A stretch of DNA of 35,502 bases, from positions 1 through 35,502 of the forward strand of contig JYFJ02004023.1 in NCBI GenBank assembly GCA_000934665.2. The letters run 5' to 3'. How positions within the stretch are numbered: position 1 is the first letter of the stretch; every line of letters starts with the position of its first letter. Made by a program: the position numbers and the translations under genes. Below, one piece after another: positions 1 to 10,961 of the stretch. The notes beneath the pieces are model-generated. The model worked only from the letters and a program-made list of their open reading frames with translations. It made no database searches and was not told the DNA's origin. This DNA is from Catajapyx aquilonaris. Its lineage: Eukaryota.

Positions 1-158
1 CCGCATGTGGTTGCACTCGTTGCAGCAGGTTCATTACATGTACGCTAATATTGGCAGCTAATATTTTCGATGGCGCCGAAGTGGGACATTTTACACGCCG
101 CTGCTACGTCAATCGTAAAGCGCTTCTATTAATAGCCGTTATACAACGATACTTGAAG

Positions 159-173
159 TTGGTCCACCCTGTA
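159..173. mobile_element. Right terminus of a Tc1/mariner-type element, probably extending left of the window
   Basis: GGTCCACCCTG-TA is the reverse complement of TA-CAGGGTG, the terminus shared by several MITEs in this window. No partner end is visible. Confidence 0.4.
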
Positions 174-276
174 TATTCCGACGAGTACTCCAAACATATC
201 AATTGTAGTCATCATTGGAATAGATTTGTCGGGAAGTGGTACCTCTTGACTTGGAATCCCTCATATATTATATGTA

Positions 277-398
277 CTATATCGCTCAAAAAGATAGAGA
301 CGATTGGCATTTGATTCAAGTGCAAGTTGCACTTGAGTCAAATGCAAGTTGCACTTGAGTCAAATGCAAAATCGTCTCTAATTTTTTGGGCGATATAG
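277..398. mobile_element. Palindromic ~100-bp MITE, copy 1 (carries a 22-nt internal duplication)
   Basis: CTATATCGCTCAAAAAGATAGAGACGAT...ATCGTCTCTAATTTTTTGGGCGATATAG flanked by TA. Near-identical to 24496-24595 apart from the duplicated GCAAGTTGCACTTGAGTCAAAT and one substitution. Confidence 0.9.
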
Positions 399-400
399 TA

Positions 401-433
401 CACACATACATACACAAACACATACATACAGAC
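401..433. repeat. Imperfect (CATA/CA)n microsatellite
   Basis: cacacatacatacacaaacacatacatacagac. Confidence 0.7.
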
Positions 434-1199
434 ATCACAGTCAGCATTAGTATAATTATAATCTACAGCAGCATCCTAGACTTTCCCTAAAGCCAACCCC
501 TACAATTATTATTATTTATTTCACCTAATTAATGATTCCAAAAGACAAACGCAGCAAAATACGGAGTTCAAGGCTGTTACACATATTAACTGTCTACCAC
601 ATGTTTATTTTATGGAACTCTGCCACTACGCTTTCAGGCACTCAAAATTTAGTTCAGCCCACCAAGTTTAAGTGTAAGGCTAAAAAAGTTTATATTCTTA
701 CTCCTAATGCAGCATTTTGGTTTTCCTACTGATATCGCCTGCAGATATAATTGCAAGCTTGAAAGATATGTAGTCTATTTTAAATTATGTGTATCATGGT
801 TTATGCAGAATTTTGAACGATGCAGTTTCAACCTAAAATTAGTTGACATATTTTCCTCCAGTTGGCAGTAGTGAGTTATATAAACGTGATACTGGTTCTT
901 GCATGAAGTTGGTGGCACCACCTTCCAGTCGCGATCTGAACTGCTATGAAACGAGGAGCTCAATCTGATCGTTACTTCAATCAGATCGGAGCGTGGAATA
1001 TTCTGTCAGTGGCAAGTTAATTAGTGCGGAAGTGTTGGCATGTTGGCACTGTATTTGAAAGAATTGCCTTCGTTTAAGTGTAAAAAATAAAATTTCGCAT
1101 TGTCAACATTGTTGCTGAGTAATTAGCATTATAGCAATAATCTTTGTTAATAAAGTGCTAGTTGCAAGTAGGCTAGTAACGAATGAGAGTACCGGTACA

Positions 1200-2325
1200 C
1201 AAAAATGTTTATAAATTAATTTGTACAATAACAATCACAGATACAAAAAAACAGTACAAAGTTATTATGTCACCCTTTACAAGTTATATTTACAGTAGCC
1301 TAGTCCTACTACAGTATGTCACAAAACAGCAGCTTTCGCTGGATTTCAGAGAAGAATCTACTGTAGATAAAGACAAAACCTGAACCTTTTGAATTGCACA
1401 AAAAACTGTATGGATTTTATTTGGGGGGACTTGGGGAAGTTAGATAAATAAACTCGTCTGGCACCCTTGGAGAAGCTACATTCATAAAGCATCTGGTGAA
1501 GTGTTGATGGGTCCCTCATTGAGCATAGTGAGCAATAATCGTCATCATTAAACTTGATATAACTAGAGTATACTCGGATTATTTCGGATTGATTCATGAG
1601 ATTTATTAGTAATCTAATGATTTGTAATGGTAAATTGTAACATAAGTAAGTGGCTTGTAATGGCCCGTTGTAATAGTCATTATACAGTATAATTGGTATT
1701 TAGTGGATTTTTCAAATGTCTCCCTATCCATTTGTAGTGAAAAGTCAACTGAGGGGTTGTGCGCATGAATGGACTAACTGCCAAAATCGTCGATTTTGAG
1801 GGAACAGCAGTTTCAAATGTAGAAAATAATGTTACATTTTTTGCACTACCGGTAGTTTTCAATATGATAACTCGACTCCTTCCTGTCTAAATTGTGATTA
1901 GCACCACTACTAAAATATGAATTAGTCTGCTTGGCTCCATTAGATGCGGATCAGCCAACCAGTTCTTTCCCTCGAATCTGGTATTGTGGAAGAGCTTTAT
2001 AATGCTGGAAGTTCAAGAATGCTTACTATTATTATGAATGTGTCTTTAGAAAGGTTAATGCTTGGCGCGAAAGATTCTTGGGGGGGGGGGGGGGGNGGGT
2101 TGTGCGGAAACTTTGAGTAGTAGCTTTAAGAGTTGTTTCGCAATATTTATGAACAAGTGTCTTCTACCTGTTTCTAATCTCATAAAATAACCTGCAGTAT
2201 TTCCAGGAAGTGAGAATAACTGTCTGATTAAATACTTTTGAACTCTTTCCATGTCCAGTAGATATTCTAAGGACCATATTGGCGCTGCATGTAGTAGGAC
2301 TGCTGTGAGGATTTGGGAATTTAAA
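1200..2325 (-). mobile_element. Decayed 3' portion of a LINE ORF2 (post-RT region and C-terminal Zn knuckle; L2/Crack/Daphne-like)
   Basis: Minus-strand peptide SQILTAVLLHAAPIWSLEYLLDMERVQKYLIRQLFSLPGNTAGYFMRLETG resembles the conserved llYg.eiW...lE.vQ..f.r.il.lp..t....l..EtG segment. CSLCSMRDPSTLHQMLYEC is a CxxC-x8-H-x4/5-C knuckle. Multiple stops. Boundaries are approximate. Confidence 0.8.
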
Positions 2326-2648
2326 AAATTAATGCATCACCAAAATTTCGATTTTTAATTTAAAGGTTTTCTTCTTTTTTCTTTTATACAACCGCCGGGC
2401 CTAAATCATAGCTTAATTCTTGCTTTAAAAAAAGTTAGCCTATTATCATAGTCTACCTCGGTATACTCTATGTGATAGCGAGGCAATAGCGCTCCACACT
2501 CAAGCTTACTAATCATAAAGCGAATCCATGATACAGTGATCTCAATATTCATCTTAGGTGAAACATGCTTTGGTACGTACCATATCTACTTGTAATCGAT
2601 GAAATGGCATCAAAGGACGACTTTTTTTGAAGCTGCGCTTTTCTGATA

Positions 2649-3790
2649 ACACTATATGCAAAAGAAAAAGATTTGTCCATGGAAATTCATCGTCATATTC
2701 GTGTTCCTTAGGTCACAAGTAACTCATAATGGACATTCATTTTGCATTTGATTTGTTTTTGACCTCGGGGCAGGCAAAAAAAAAATCCTCAAACACAGCA
2801 GTTTTTCCCCAGTCAAGTGGGCCTAAATGTTGCTAGACCATCTCGGATTTTTCTGAGAATAATCACAGCTGTACACACCTAAGATGCCGTAACACTGTAT
2901 GTCAAGTTTCAGCCAAATTACGAAATACCGTGGGAAGGGGAAAAATTGCGAAATTTTAAAAATTGGTCATTTTTTGGATAATTTTATTTCGGTTATTGGA
3001 AGTGGTCAAAACCCAATCAACATATATGAAAGGGAAACGCGAGTAGAATGCGCCTATGGAATCTGTTATTCTGGAAAATTCTCTCAGAAAAACATGTATG
3101 GCATTCCATCGGTCACATGCTCAGTAGCATGTCCAAGTGTTTAGACCCCACCAATTATAGTGCTGTATATGCGTAGGAGCAGCCATATTTGGTAACAGGA
3201 GTTGTGACCCATACAAGATTCAATATGTTCAGTTTCAATCCTGGGTCATGCATGGCTCGCGAGAAAATAATATATATGTTTGCCGAATTACCATTAATTT
3301 TAATGGAGCTGAATTCTTGGGCATGTGACTGATGAAATGCCACACATGTTTTTTCGCGTGCATTTTCGAGATAAACTAATTCCGTATCCGCATTCTACTC
3401 GCGTTTCTCTTTCATTTGATATATATTGATTAGGTTTTGCCCACTTCCAATAACCGAAAAGAATTATCCAAAAAATGCAAAATTTGTCAAATTTCGCAAT
3501 TTATTCCCTCCCCACAGTATTTCGCAATTTGGCTGAAACTTGATACGCAGTGTTACGGCATAGGTGCTTACAGCTGTGATTATTTTCAGAAAAATCCGAG
3601 GTGGTCTAGCAACATTTAGTCGCGCTTGATTGAGGAAAATCTGCTATATTTGAGGATTTGGGTTTTTTGACTCCCCCGAGGTCAAAAGCAAATCAAAGAC
3701 CAAATGAATGCCCATTATGAGTTACTTGTGACCTAAGGAACATGAATATGACGACGAATTTCCATGGACAAATATCGTGTTGAATAGTGT
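2649..3790. mobile_element. Foldback-type non-autonomous DNA element with ~450-bp diverged inverted arms
   Basis: 2671-3122 is the reverse complement of about 3318-3773 (e.g. TTTGTCCATGGAAATTC / GAATTTCCATGGACAAA; TTCCTTAGGTCACAAGTAACTCATAATGG / CCATTATGAGTTACTTGTGACCTAAGGAA). Spacer about 200 bp. Outermost match ACACTAT / ATAGTGT. No clear TSD. Confidence 0.85.
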
Positions 3791-4659
3791 AATTTATTTA
3801 TGGATTGACAATCTCGACACAGTTAAAAAATTGCTCCCGGAATTATGCTGATTTGTCGAACTCATCCCCTACTGTACGTAGTTTCTCCTAGATGGAACTG
3901 CTACTCAGATTTTCCAAACCAGGTTCTGACAACTGGTCATAGATGTCTGAAGGAGCTAAAACTCAGAAATCGCAATCGTGATTATTTTCTCATTGATTAG
4001 GATGTACCAAGGAGTTGGTTCCGTGTGCATATTAATTTAATAGTGCTGGAAATACAGATCTAATTGGCCTACACCTGGTGGATTTTAAGCTGACGAAGTA
4101 ACACTTGCACTGTATTAATAAATTTTAAAATGACCCAGGTAGATAATAATTATATAAACCATCACCTCCCCTGTTTCCAACATTTTATATTTTGGGAAGT
4201 TAATTTTTATTCATGTGAGTAGTTAACTTGGTTTAACTCATATTGAGTTAGTTCAACAGTTGGATGAGTTATGCAGGGCGTCGTAGGCCATCTCATGGCA
4301 TGACACTTGCGCATCTCGACCAGCATTTGCTTCTGGGCCGCATTCAGATAAAGCGCGGCGGGCAGTAGGGTTAACCGTACAGTGATGGCCCACTACACCG
4401 CATACCGGGTGGTGGTGATTTTCCTACATGTCACTGATTTAACACTTGCTGAAAAGGTCATAATCATTCTTTTTCTGGTGTATTTCGCAACAAGGAGGCG
4501 ACATGGCAGAAGAAAATTACGGGTTTTTTGGCTCCTGCCTAAGGTTATGTGTGACTCAAATTTGCATGTTTGTGGATAGTTTTATTAATCAGTATGCAGT
4601 AGTGTGCATTATAAGCATATGAAAGCAGAAAACTCGGTACCTGTATTCGTTGCAAAATT

Positions 4660-4737
4660 AGGATATAACAGAACTCGGTTATAAAATACTGTTTTCCGCG
4701 GTCTCTTGAAGCCTGCTATATCCGGATTCAATTGGTA
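4660..4737. mobile_element. Decayed pogo/Tigger-like right terminus
   Basis: GGATATAACAGAACTCGGTTATAA...GCTATATCCGGATTCAATTGGTA resembles the reverse complement of TA-CAGTTGAATCCGGATATAAC-type Tigger ends. Confidence 0.4.
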
Positions 4738-5111
4738 ATAGCCAATTACGTTAGCTTAAGTTATTGGTGACTGGGTTACAGCTGGAATATTTTAAATATA
4801 TTACACTTGTGGGATAAACCCGTCGATAATTGGCCGGATTGTTATGGTCAACTGTGCAATGGAATGCATGTTCGGTTTTTGGATGTTACATTAATTGACA
4901 CCTTACGCATGGTGCTAAAATCCAGTGACACAGGTCATGGCCATCCATATTCTCAAAATATTGATTATGACATTTTTGCCGCGTGGTGGACACATGAAAA
5001 TCGTGGGTACATAATATATTGCAGTATTGGACCTTGAAGCCAGCAGGATATTCAAAGCTAACGTTGCATTGTCCTTAATTATTGAGCATTTAATACGAAT
5101 ATATTGGGTTG

Positions 5112-5445
<334 letters not shown>

Positions 5446-6333
5446 TATTGGGTTGACCGGAACATCAGTGGTGTGGGGATCAGTATGTTTAGGCTTGTCT
5501 ATATCAAGCTGACATATCTTTGTTTCGGCTTTATTCATATCTGAATGATAATTAGGCGTTTATTTGATATTAGGCTACTTACAAGTGGATAAAATCCACG
5601 TGAATGCGTACAAAATCCAACGAAAAGCCCACAACTTCTGATAATTTTTCCAATAGGAGGATCGAATTCTGGACTTCAGCGGCTGTTGATTTAAACCACT
5701 CCGATTGATTGATTTGTCTCTTTGTGACAATGAGTGACTCTTAACAAAACCAAAATTCTCCAAACTCAATCTAATATCCAGAGTGTAAGTTACCGCAGAA
5801 ATAATCGAGGCTTAATAAGCCCGATGGCGTCACTATCTAACTGTAACTGTCGATAATAATTATTATATTCCACCTTAATAAATATGTGTGTCCCAGGAAC
5901 CATGCCCCTCTGACTGGTGCTTTTGTATAGGTCTTTCTGCTTGGTGTGTGTCTCGTCAGCATCTGGGTTCCTCCTTCTCAGATCTTGGGTGGAGATGAGA
6001 CTGACGCCTTGGTTCCTTCTCTCCATTTATGCCAGTCTCAGAAAAGCATACTGTGGGTCCAGTGGCACAGACGGGTTTTCCCTGGCTGGAGGCAGAAGGA
6101 AGAGGTGGTGGGGGTTTGACTGCTCGGGGAGAGAAATGCATTACATACAAATCCCTCTCTACACTAGCTCTGCCCACCTGCTGGAATCGACTGCATTAAC
6201 AAAACCCCTATCTCTGCAGCCACGACGCAGGTTTTAAATTCACTGGCTGGCCATATTCATATTTTGAGGAGTGAAAACAATATGAAAGAAATTTCAGCCA
6301 AGTGGCCAAGTGGAAAAGCTGTGTCAGAATATA

Positions 6334-6570
6334 CAGGGTGTCAATCGACAAACTTGTAGAGGTAATAGAGGGAACCGAGACAAACATATTTCATATAGGA
6401 ACTTGCACATTTTTCACCGTAACATTATTTTAGTATAGTACGTGTACCAAAATTTTTGACAATGATCAAAATTTTTGAACGAACCGTGCAAAAACCAGAT
6501 AAGTCCACTTTTGTTACTTTCTAGAAAACAAAGAAAAACTGAATTACCGGCTAATATAAAAAATATTTCC
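6334..6570. mobile_element. Left portion of a mariner-like element
   Basis: TA-CAGGGTGTC start followed by AT-rich subterminal-type sequence. Right end not identified. Confidence 0.45.
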
Positions 6571-6611
6571 AATTATATTTTTTGTTCAATAGGGGGATAG
6601 GGTATAGCATA

Positions 6612-7085
6612 TACAGTGATGGGTGTAGGGTTGGCCATCACTGCATACAGTGATGGCCCACCATTCAGTGATGGCCAACTGCGCCTTGGTTCTTTAAGAA
6701 ATAGGCGGCGTAAATGCCATAACATGAAGAAATGATCATGGTGTGACACATGTGGTCCCTGGCATGAACTAGGTCGGACATCAAACCACTGCGGACATTG
6801 AAAGAGCAGTAATGGCATCTGACAAGGAGACCTACTGGTCATTTTGGAATGCAGCTGGGAAATGTCAACTTTTCTTAAGAATTTTCTTGCATTTTAAGTG
6901 TGTTTTTGGCCTCATAAATATCCCGAAAGCAATGCGAGGTATATGAATTTATTGGTCTAGAAGTGCTTTATTGAAGCATGGTATTGAAACCAGTCCCTTT
7001 GTTCAGGAGTATGAATTCATTAGGATGGCCATGACTGTCCAGCATCTAATGACGTTTCATAGTGATGGCCATGCCATGGACATTA
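6612..7085. mobile_element. Decayed DNA transposon with CAGTGATGGCC subterminal repeats
   Basis: AGTGATGG(CC) or its complement recurs at about 6614, 6633, 6648, 6666 and 7061. The same motif plus CACTACACC occurs at 4380-4400. Confidence 0.4.
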
Positions 7086-8224
7086 CTGTGTTAGGCTTAA
7101 AAAATTGAATGCCACATATGTTGGCCTAAGTATCATGATCACGTGAGTTATTCTTGGAGAGAAATGACAGCAATGATTTAGGAGGAAATACGCAGCAATA
7201 GCAAATCCATAGGCTTATCTTATTGTGTGTAACGGCCTAAGCCTATTCTTGTATGAGACGAATACTTACAAAATAAATAAATACGGTAATAAGCAGCTTA
7301 TTGACAAAATTGTTGACGACTAAGAGCAATACAATTTATTGAAACACCATGTATGCTGAGTGCTCCAAACAAATTTATTGACCATAGCCTGAGCATATTC
7401 AATAGCTAGATTGGTTTCGGTTAGGTTTATTGGAGATCCAATGCAACTGCAGGCTGTCTGGCATATTGGTTTTATGTTTACAGTATTGGATCAAAGGCTT
7501 AATTGTGAATGTTTCTTCGTTCCATGCAGACTACTCTCGCCCCAAAAAAGGTACCCACTAGAGCATTTATGGTTGTTTACTGCTAAATTTGATTGGTTTA
7601 TTTTCATTCTCCTTGCACTTGTAATAACATCATTTTACCTGAAAATATTTCCCGACTAACTCAGTTTTTAAGTAGTTTTTTGTCAGTGTCAACAAATCAA
7701 TCAATCGCGAAACATCTTAATACAGTATATAATTGCGTTAATATTGTGTGGAGAGGAAAACTTCCCTCAAAAACTCTTGATGACTACCAGAAATAAGAGG
7801 GTCATCGAAAAAGAATGTCCCATTTTTGAAACCATATAACTCGAAAACTTCTAGACATATCTGAATGATTTAAGTTTTGAAATGCTACGAAAGGTCCGAT
7901 GTTTTTGTCTCACCTTAGTTTGTTTCTATTATTACCATCTCTGCTTCAAGTTCATAAATGCTACGCCATTGTAAAGGGCTTAAACAGAAGTGTCGAAAGC
8001 GGGATTGGGGAAAATATAGCCCTAATACTGTAGGAAGAATATTGTGGGGATCAAACCAAAGTTCTGGAATTTTTCTATAAAACAGGCACCATCATATCGG
8101 ATTCATATTGGGGTTTTAGGCAACTTCAATGTCTGAGGGAACGGGTAAAAACAATTTATTGTAGAGGTTACTAAAAATGCAGGATTTTAAAAAAATTGTA
8201 CCCCGTTCTCGGACCTTGGGCCCT

Positions 8225-8510
8225 TTTTAGGGGAGTGGGATACCACCATGTGTTGGAACCATATACTGGATATGTTTAGTTGTTCCAAGGGTAAGTAGGA
8301 GGGGATGTGCAAAGTGCAAGTGCAATGTCGCATATTGGTCATTTTGTGAACTCCCCGGGTGGATTAGTCGAGCGGAAATTTCCACCCGAGACGAAGCCAG
8401 AGATGGCCCAACCCTGCACGAGATGAAGGGGGGAACCCCGGGCTGGGATCGAACCCGGGACCTTAACATCCGTGGGCGCGTGCGTTACCGCAGTACCACT
8501 CCGCCTCCCT
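8225..8510 (-). mobile_element. tRNA-derived SINE
   Basis: Minus-strand head GGGAGGCGGAGTGGTACTGCGGTAACG...GGTCCCGGGTTCGATCCCAGCC has a canonical B-box. Shares a core motif and the 3' end ATGGTGGTATCCCACTCCC with the SINE at 18262-18742. Confidence 0.85.
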
Positions 8511-8524
8511 AAATTATTCTTTTG

Positions 8525-8600
8525 TACCGTCGAATGGGGTCAATAGGGACGCGTGGTGAATGGGGACAGATACTTCCTGTTTTTATATTTAATTTTTTAC
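8525..8600. mobile_element. Left terminus fragment of a TA-targeting (pogo-like) DNA element
   Basis: TA-CCGTCGAATGGGGTCAATAGGGAC...GGTGAATGGGGACAG, a terminus with a tandem binding-site repeat. Confidence 0.4.
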
Positions 8601-8870
8601 AATTTTATGAGTAGAGATAGGGTAGCTTTTTTAAAGACACAAAAACACTAATGAGTTTTGGTCTCACCTTAGTTTGTTTCGATGTGAGCTTTAATTGTCA
8701 CTAGGCAGATTTAAATAGGCGGTATTCGGTGTCGTGCCAAACCCGCTCAGTCATATCTGGAGTTACCGTGCGATCCTATCCCGTAGGTGCTGGAGATGAC
8801 GCGTCTTTACACGACACAAATTGTTTTTGATGATTCACACAAAAAGTCGCCTCATCCATGAAACAAACCT

Positions 8871-9228
8871 TGTAACGGTACTTTGGGAGTCAGGGGGAAT
8901 AAAGTACAAGGGTGGGCTAATAACTAGTATGTTACAATATAATACATAAATACAGTGAGAAGGAGTAGGAAGGAAGGAAGGACCTGATCAGGGCAAAGGA
9001 TAGTGAGAAAGAGGGGTGAGCTCACCAGTGACCAGTCCACCTCCTATTTATGGTGTCCCTCTCTCTGGGAGTCAATGTAGGGGTAGATGGCTTGGGGGAG
9101 GATTGGAAAAGGGCTGAAAGAAGGACGCGGGGTCAAGACCCGATATGGAGGAGAGGAGAGGGTGAGCTGGACATGAAGCGACTACTTAGCAGGAGGGGGA
9201 AGGTAGGTCGTGAGGAAGGACCGGTATA
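8871..9228 (-). mobile_element. Solo LTR (358 bp), 4-bp TSD ACCT, nested in mariner MITE copy A
   Basis: Comparison with the uninterrupted copy (AAACCTTCCGTAGG at about 11283) defines the insert. It begins TGTAACGG and ends CCGGTATA (imperfect inverted termini), with ACCT at 8867-8870 and 9229-9232. TATA-like CATAAATAG on the minus strand near 9045-9052. Orientation is tentative. Confidence 0.8.
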
Positions 9229-9863
9229 ACCTGCCGTAGGGAAGTTTCATTTGTTCAGCCATGAGAAGTTTCCCAATGCCTAGCCCCCCCTCACCCCCAG
9301 GATCCCAGATCTTGTCCCCGATTGACTTTATCGTGGAAATACATGCACGGTGAAAAAATTAGGCATCTCCAGCACCTACTGGAAAAGAATGCAACGGGTT
9401 AGGCAAGACACCGATTACCGTATTTAAGTTTTCCGAGCGACAATATTGGAGCTCATATTGACCAAAACTTTAGACATTTCGTAACATTTCAACACTTGAA
9501 TCATTAAGATATGTCTAAAAGTTTTTGAGTTGTATGGTTTTTAATATGGGACATTCTTTTTCAATGATCATGTAATAATTATTTTAGACAATAGGTTATA
9601 CAGGTATACACCTCGTGCATGATCATTTTTCATCGCCATTAGCTGTCAAATATTTAACTTTAGTAGTGATAGTAAAATGGTGAAACTCTTTAATGGCTAT
9701 AAAGCGCCGTTCTGCTATAGCTGCAAATAAACATACCGTAAGATATACGAAATAAAACCGTAACTTTAATGTCCGAGGGATACGGTCAAAGGTTTCTTGA
9801 TCGGCTCAGTTAAGCTACCTCAGCCGACTATAATATGCCAGCCAATTTAACATAAAGCGAGAT

Positions 9864-10620
9864 ATGGCGGAGAGTATTGGAGGTGTAGAGAAAACCTCTA
9901 GCCAAAATCGATCAAAGGCTATTTGCTATGTCGTTGGGTGCCATAACGCCAACCAAAATAGCCCCCCCCCCCTTTCTCCCCAGAAACACACTTATACAAG
10001 TTTCCTGGAATGCTTTGGGAACAGTAGAAAAGCAACAAGTGGTTAAATGACATAGGTAAATATAAAGAAGTACGTAGATTTTGACAGTGAAAAGGCACGA
10101 GATTATTTTATGAAAGGCTGCTATCACAGATATGAGTCACATTATTATGTACTAACTTGTAAGCCAAAGTTGCCATACGGTACCAAACTTTCCTTTACTC
10201 TCATTACAAAGGGACATTCGCTGTCAAGTTTTTGGTGGCCACATGCCCAAATGAATTTATACCTTTGTCACATAACTACGGAGGAAAGGCTAGTCATTCT
10301 CAAATTATGTTGGAGAGTATAGTTTCATCCAATTGCTTGAGCCTGGTGATGTCCTTATGGCTGAGAAGGACTTTCCACATCTCTAAGCAGAAGTTGGAGG
10401 TGTAGGTGATACTATATGGTGATGCTTCCATTTGCTGTGCCATGGGAGCCACAGTTCTAGGAGGCTCACATTAATTAAACTTACCTAATTGCCTCAATGC
10501 AAGTGATGTAGAAAGGGCTATTTTTGTAGAAAGTAATTTCGGGTGCTGGCAAAAGTTGATGTTGGCAGTTACCCTGGAATTGACAAAATTGTACGAGTGT
10601 TCTGTGCACCGACAAATAAC
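9864..10620 (+). pseudogene. Decayed ISL2EU / PIF-Harbinger-type transposase (THAP-like N-terminus plus DDE_Tnp_4 nuclease)
   Basis: CYVVGCHN resembles the THAP CxVxGCxN start. YSHYKGTFAVKFLVATCPN from 10196, YGGKAS, LLEPGDVLMAEKDFP (cf. GD.vmADrGF) from 10333 and DVERAI near 10505 appear in the expected order. Frameshifts, stops and an internal deletion. Confidence 0.85.
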
Positions 10621-10768
10621 ATGGGACCCTTCACACAATGAAAACCAGGAAAATATGTTAATTTCTGTAACTTTAATTTACATGAGTACACAATACGGAG
10701 ACAAATACATACTCTTGTTACTTTAAAAAAATCTTGTTTATTGTTGGGATGCACAGTCATGACATCAC

Positions 10769-10798
10769 TTAACCCTTAACTACTCAGGTAGTAGGTGG
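10769..10798. mobile_element. Orphan left end of the piggyBac-type MITE family seen at 27503-27973
   Basis: TTAA-CCCTTAACTAC(tcaggta)GTAGGTGG. Confidence 0.55.
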
Positions 10799-10800
10799 CT

Positions 10801-10857
10801 ACAAAAGTAGAGCTCATAACAAAGGTGTTTCACCTTTGTTATGAGCTCTACTTTTGT
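10801..10857. repeat. Perfect hairpin, 27-bp arms, 3-nt loop
   Basis: ACAAAAGTAGAGCTCATAACAAAGGTG-TTT-CACCTTTGTTATGAGCTCTACTTTTGT. Confidence 0.95.
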
Positions 10858-10961
10858 GCTTTAAATAAAGTCATGTTGCTGACAATTTATTCCCTGCATG
10901 GTGTTTAATATTTTAAGTCAACTTGTAAGCCAGTATTTGGACATTAGAGATATACATTATA

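Larger units (their letters stand above)
7797..9572. mobile_element. Mariner-derived foldback MITE, copy A, interrupted by two insertions
   Basis: Segments 7797-7926, 8661-8870 and 9233-9572 are colinear with 10962-11678. Ends GAGGGTCATCGAAAAAGAATG / CATTCTTTTTCAATGATCATG-TA. Contains a P.RIPDLVPIDF remnant of PRSPDLTPxDF at about 9295-9330. Confidence 0.88.

Noticed and set aside
2079..2099. Poly-G run as a G-quadruplex element
   Set aside because: A homopolymer containing an ambiguous base inside a dead LINE. Its length is unreliable.
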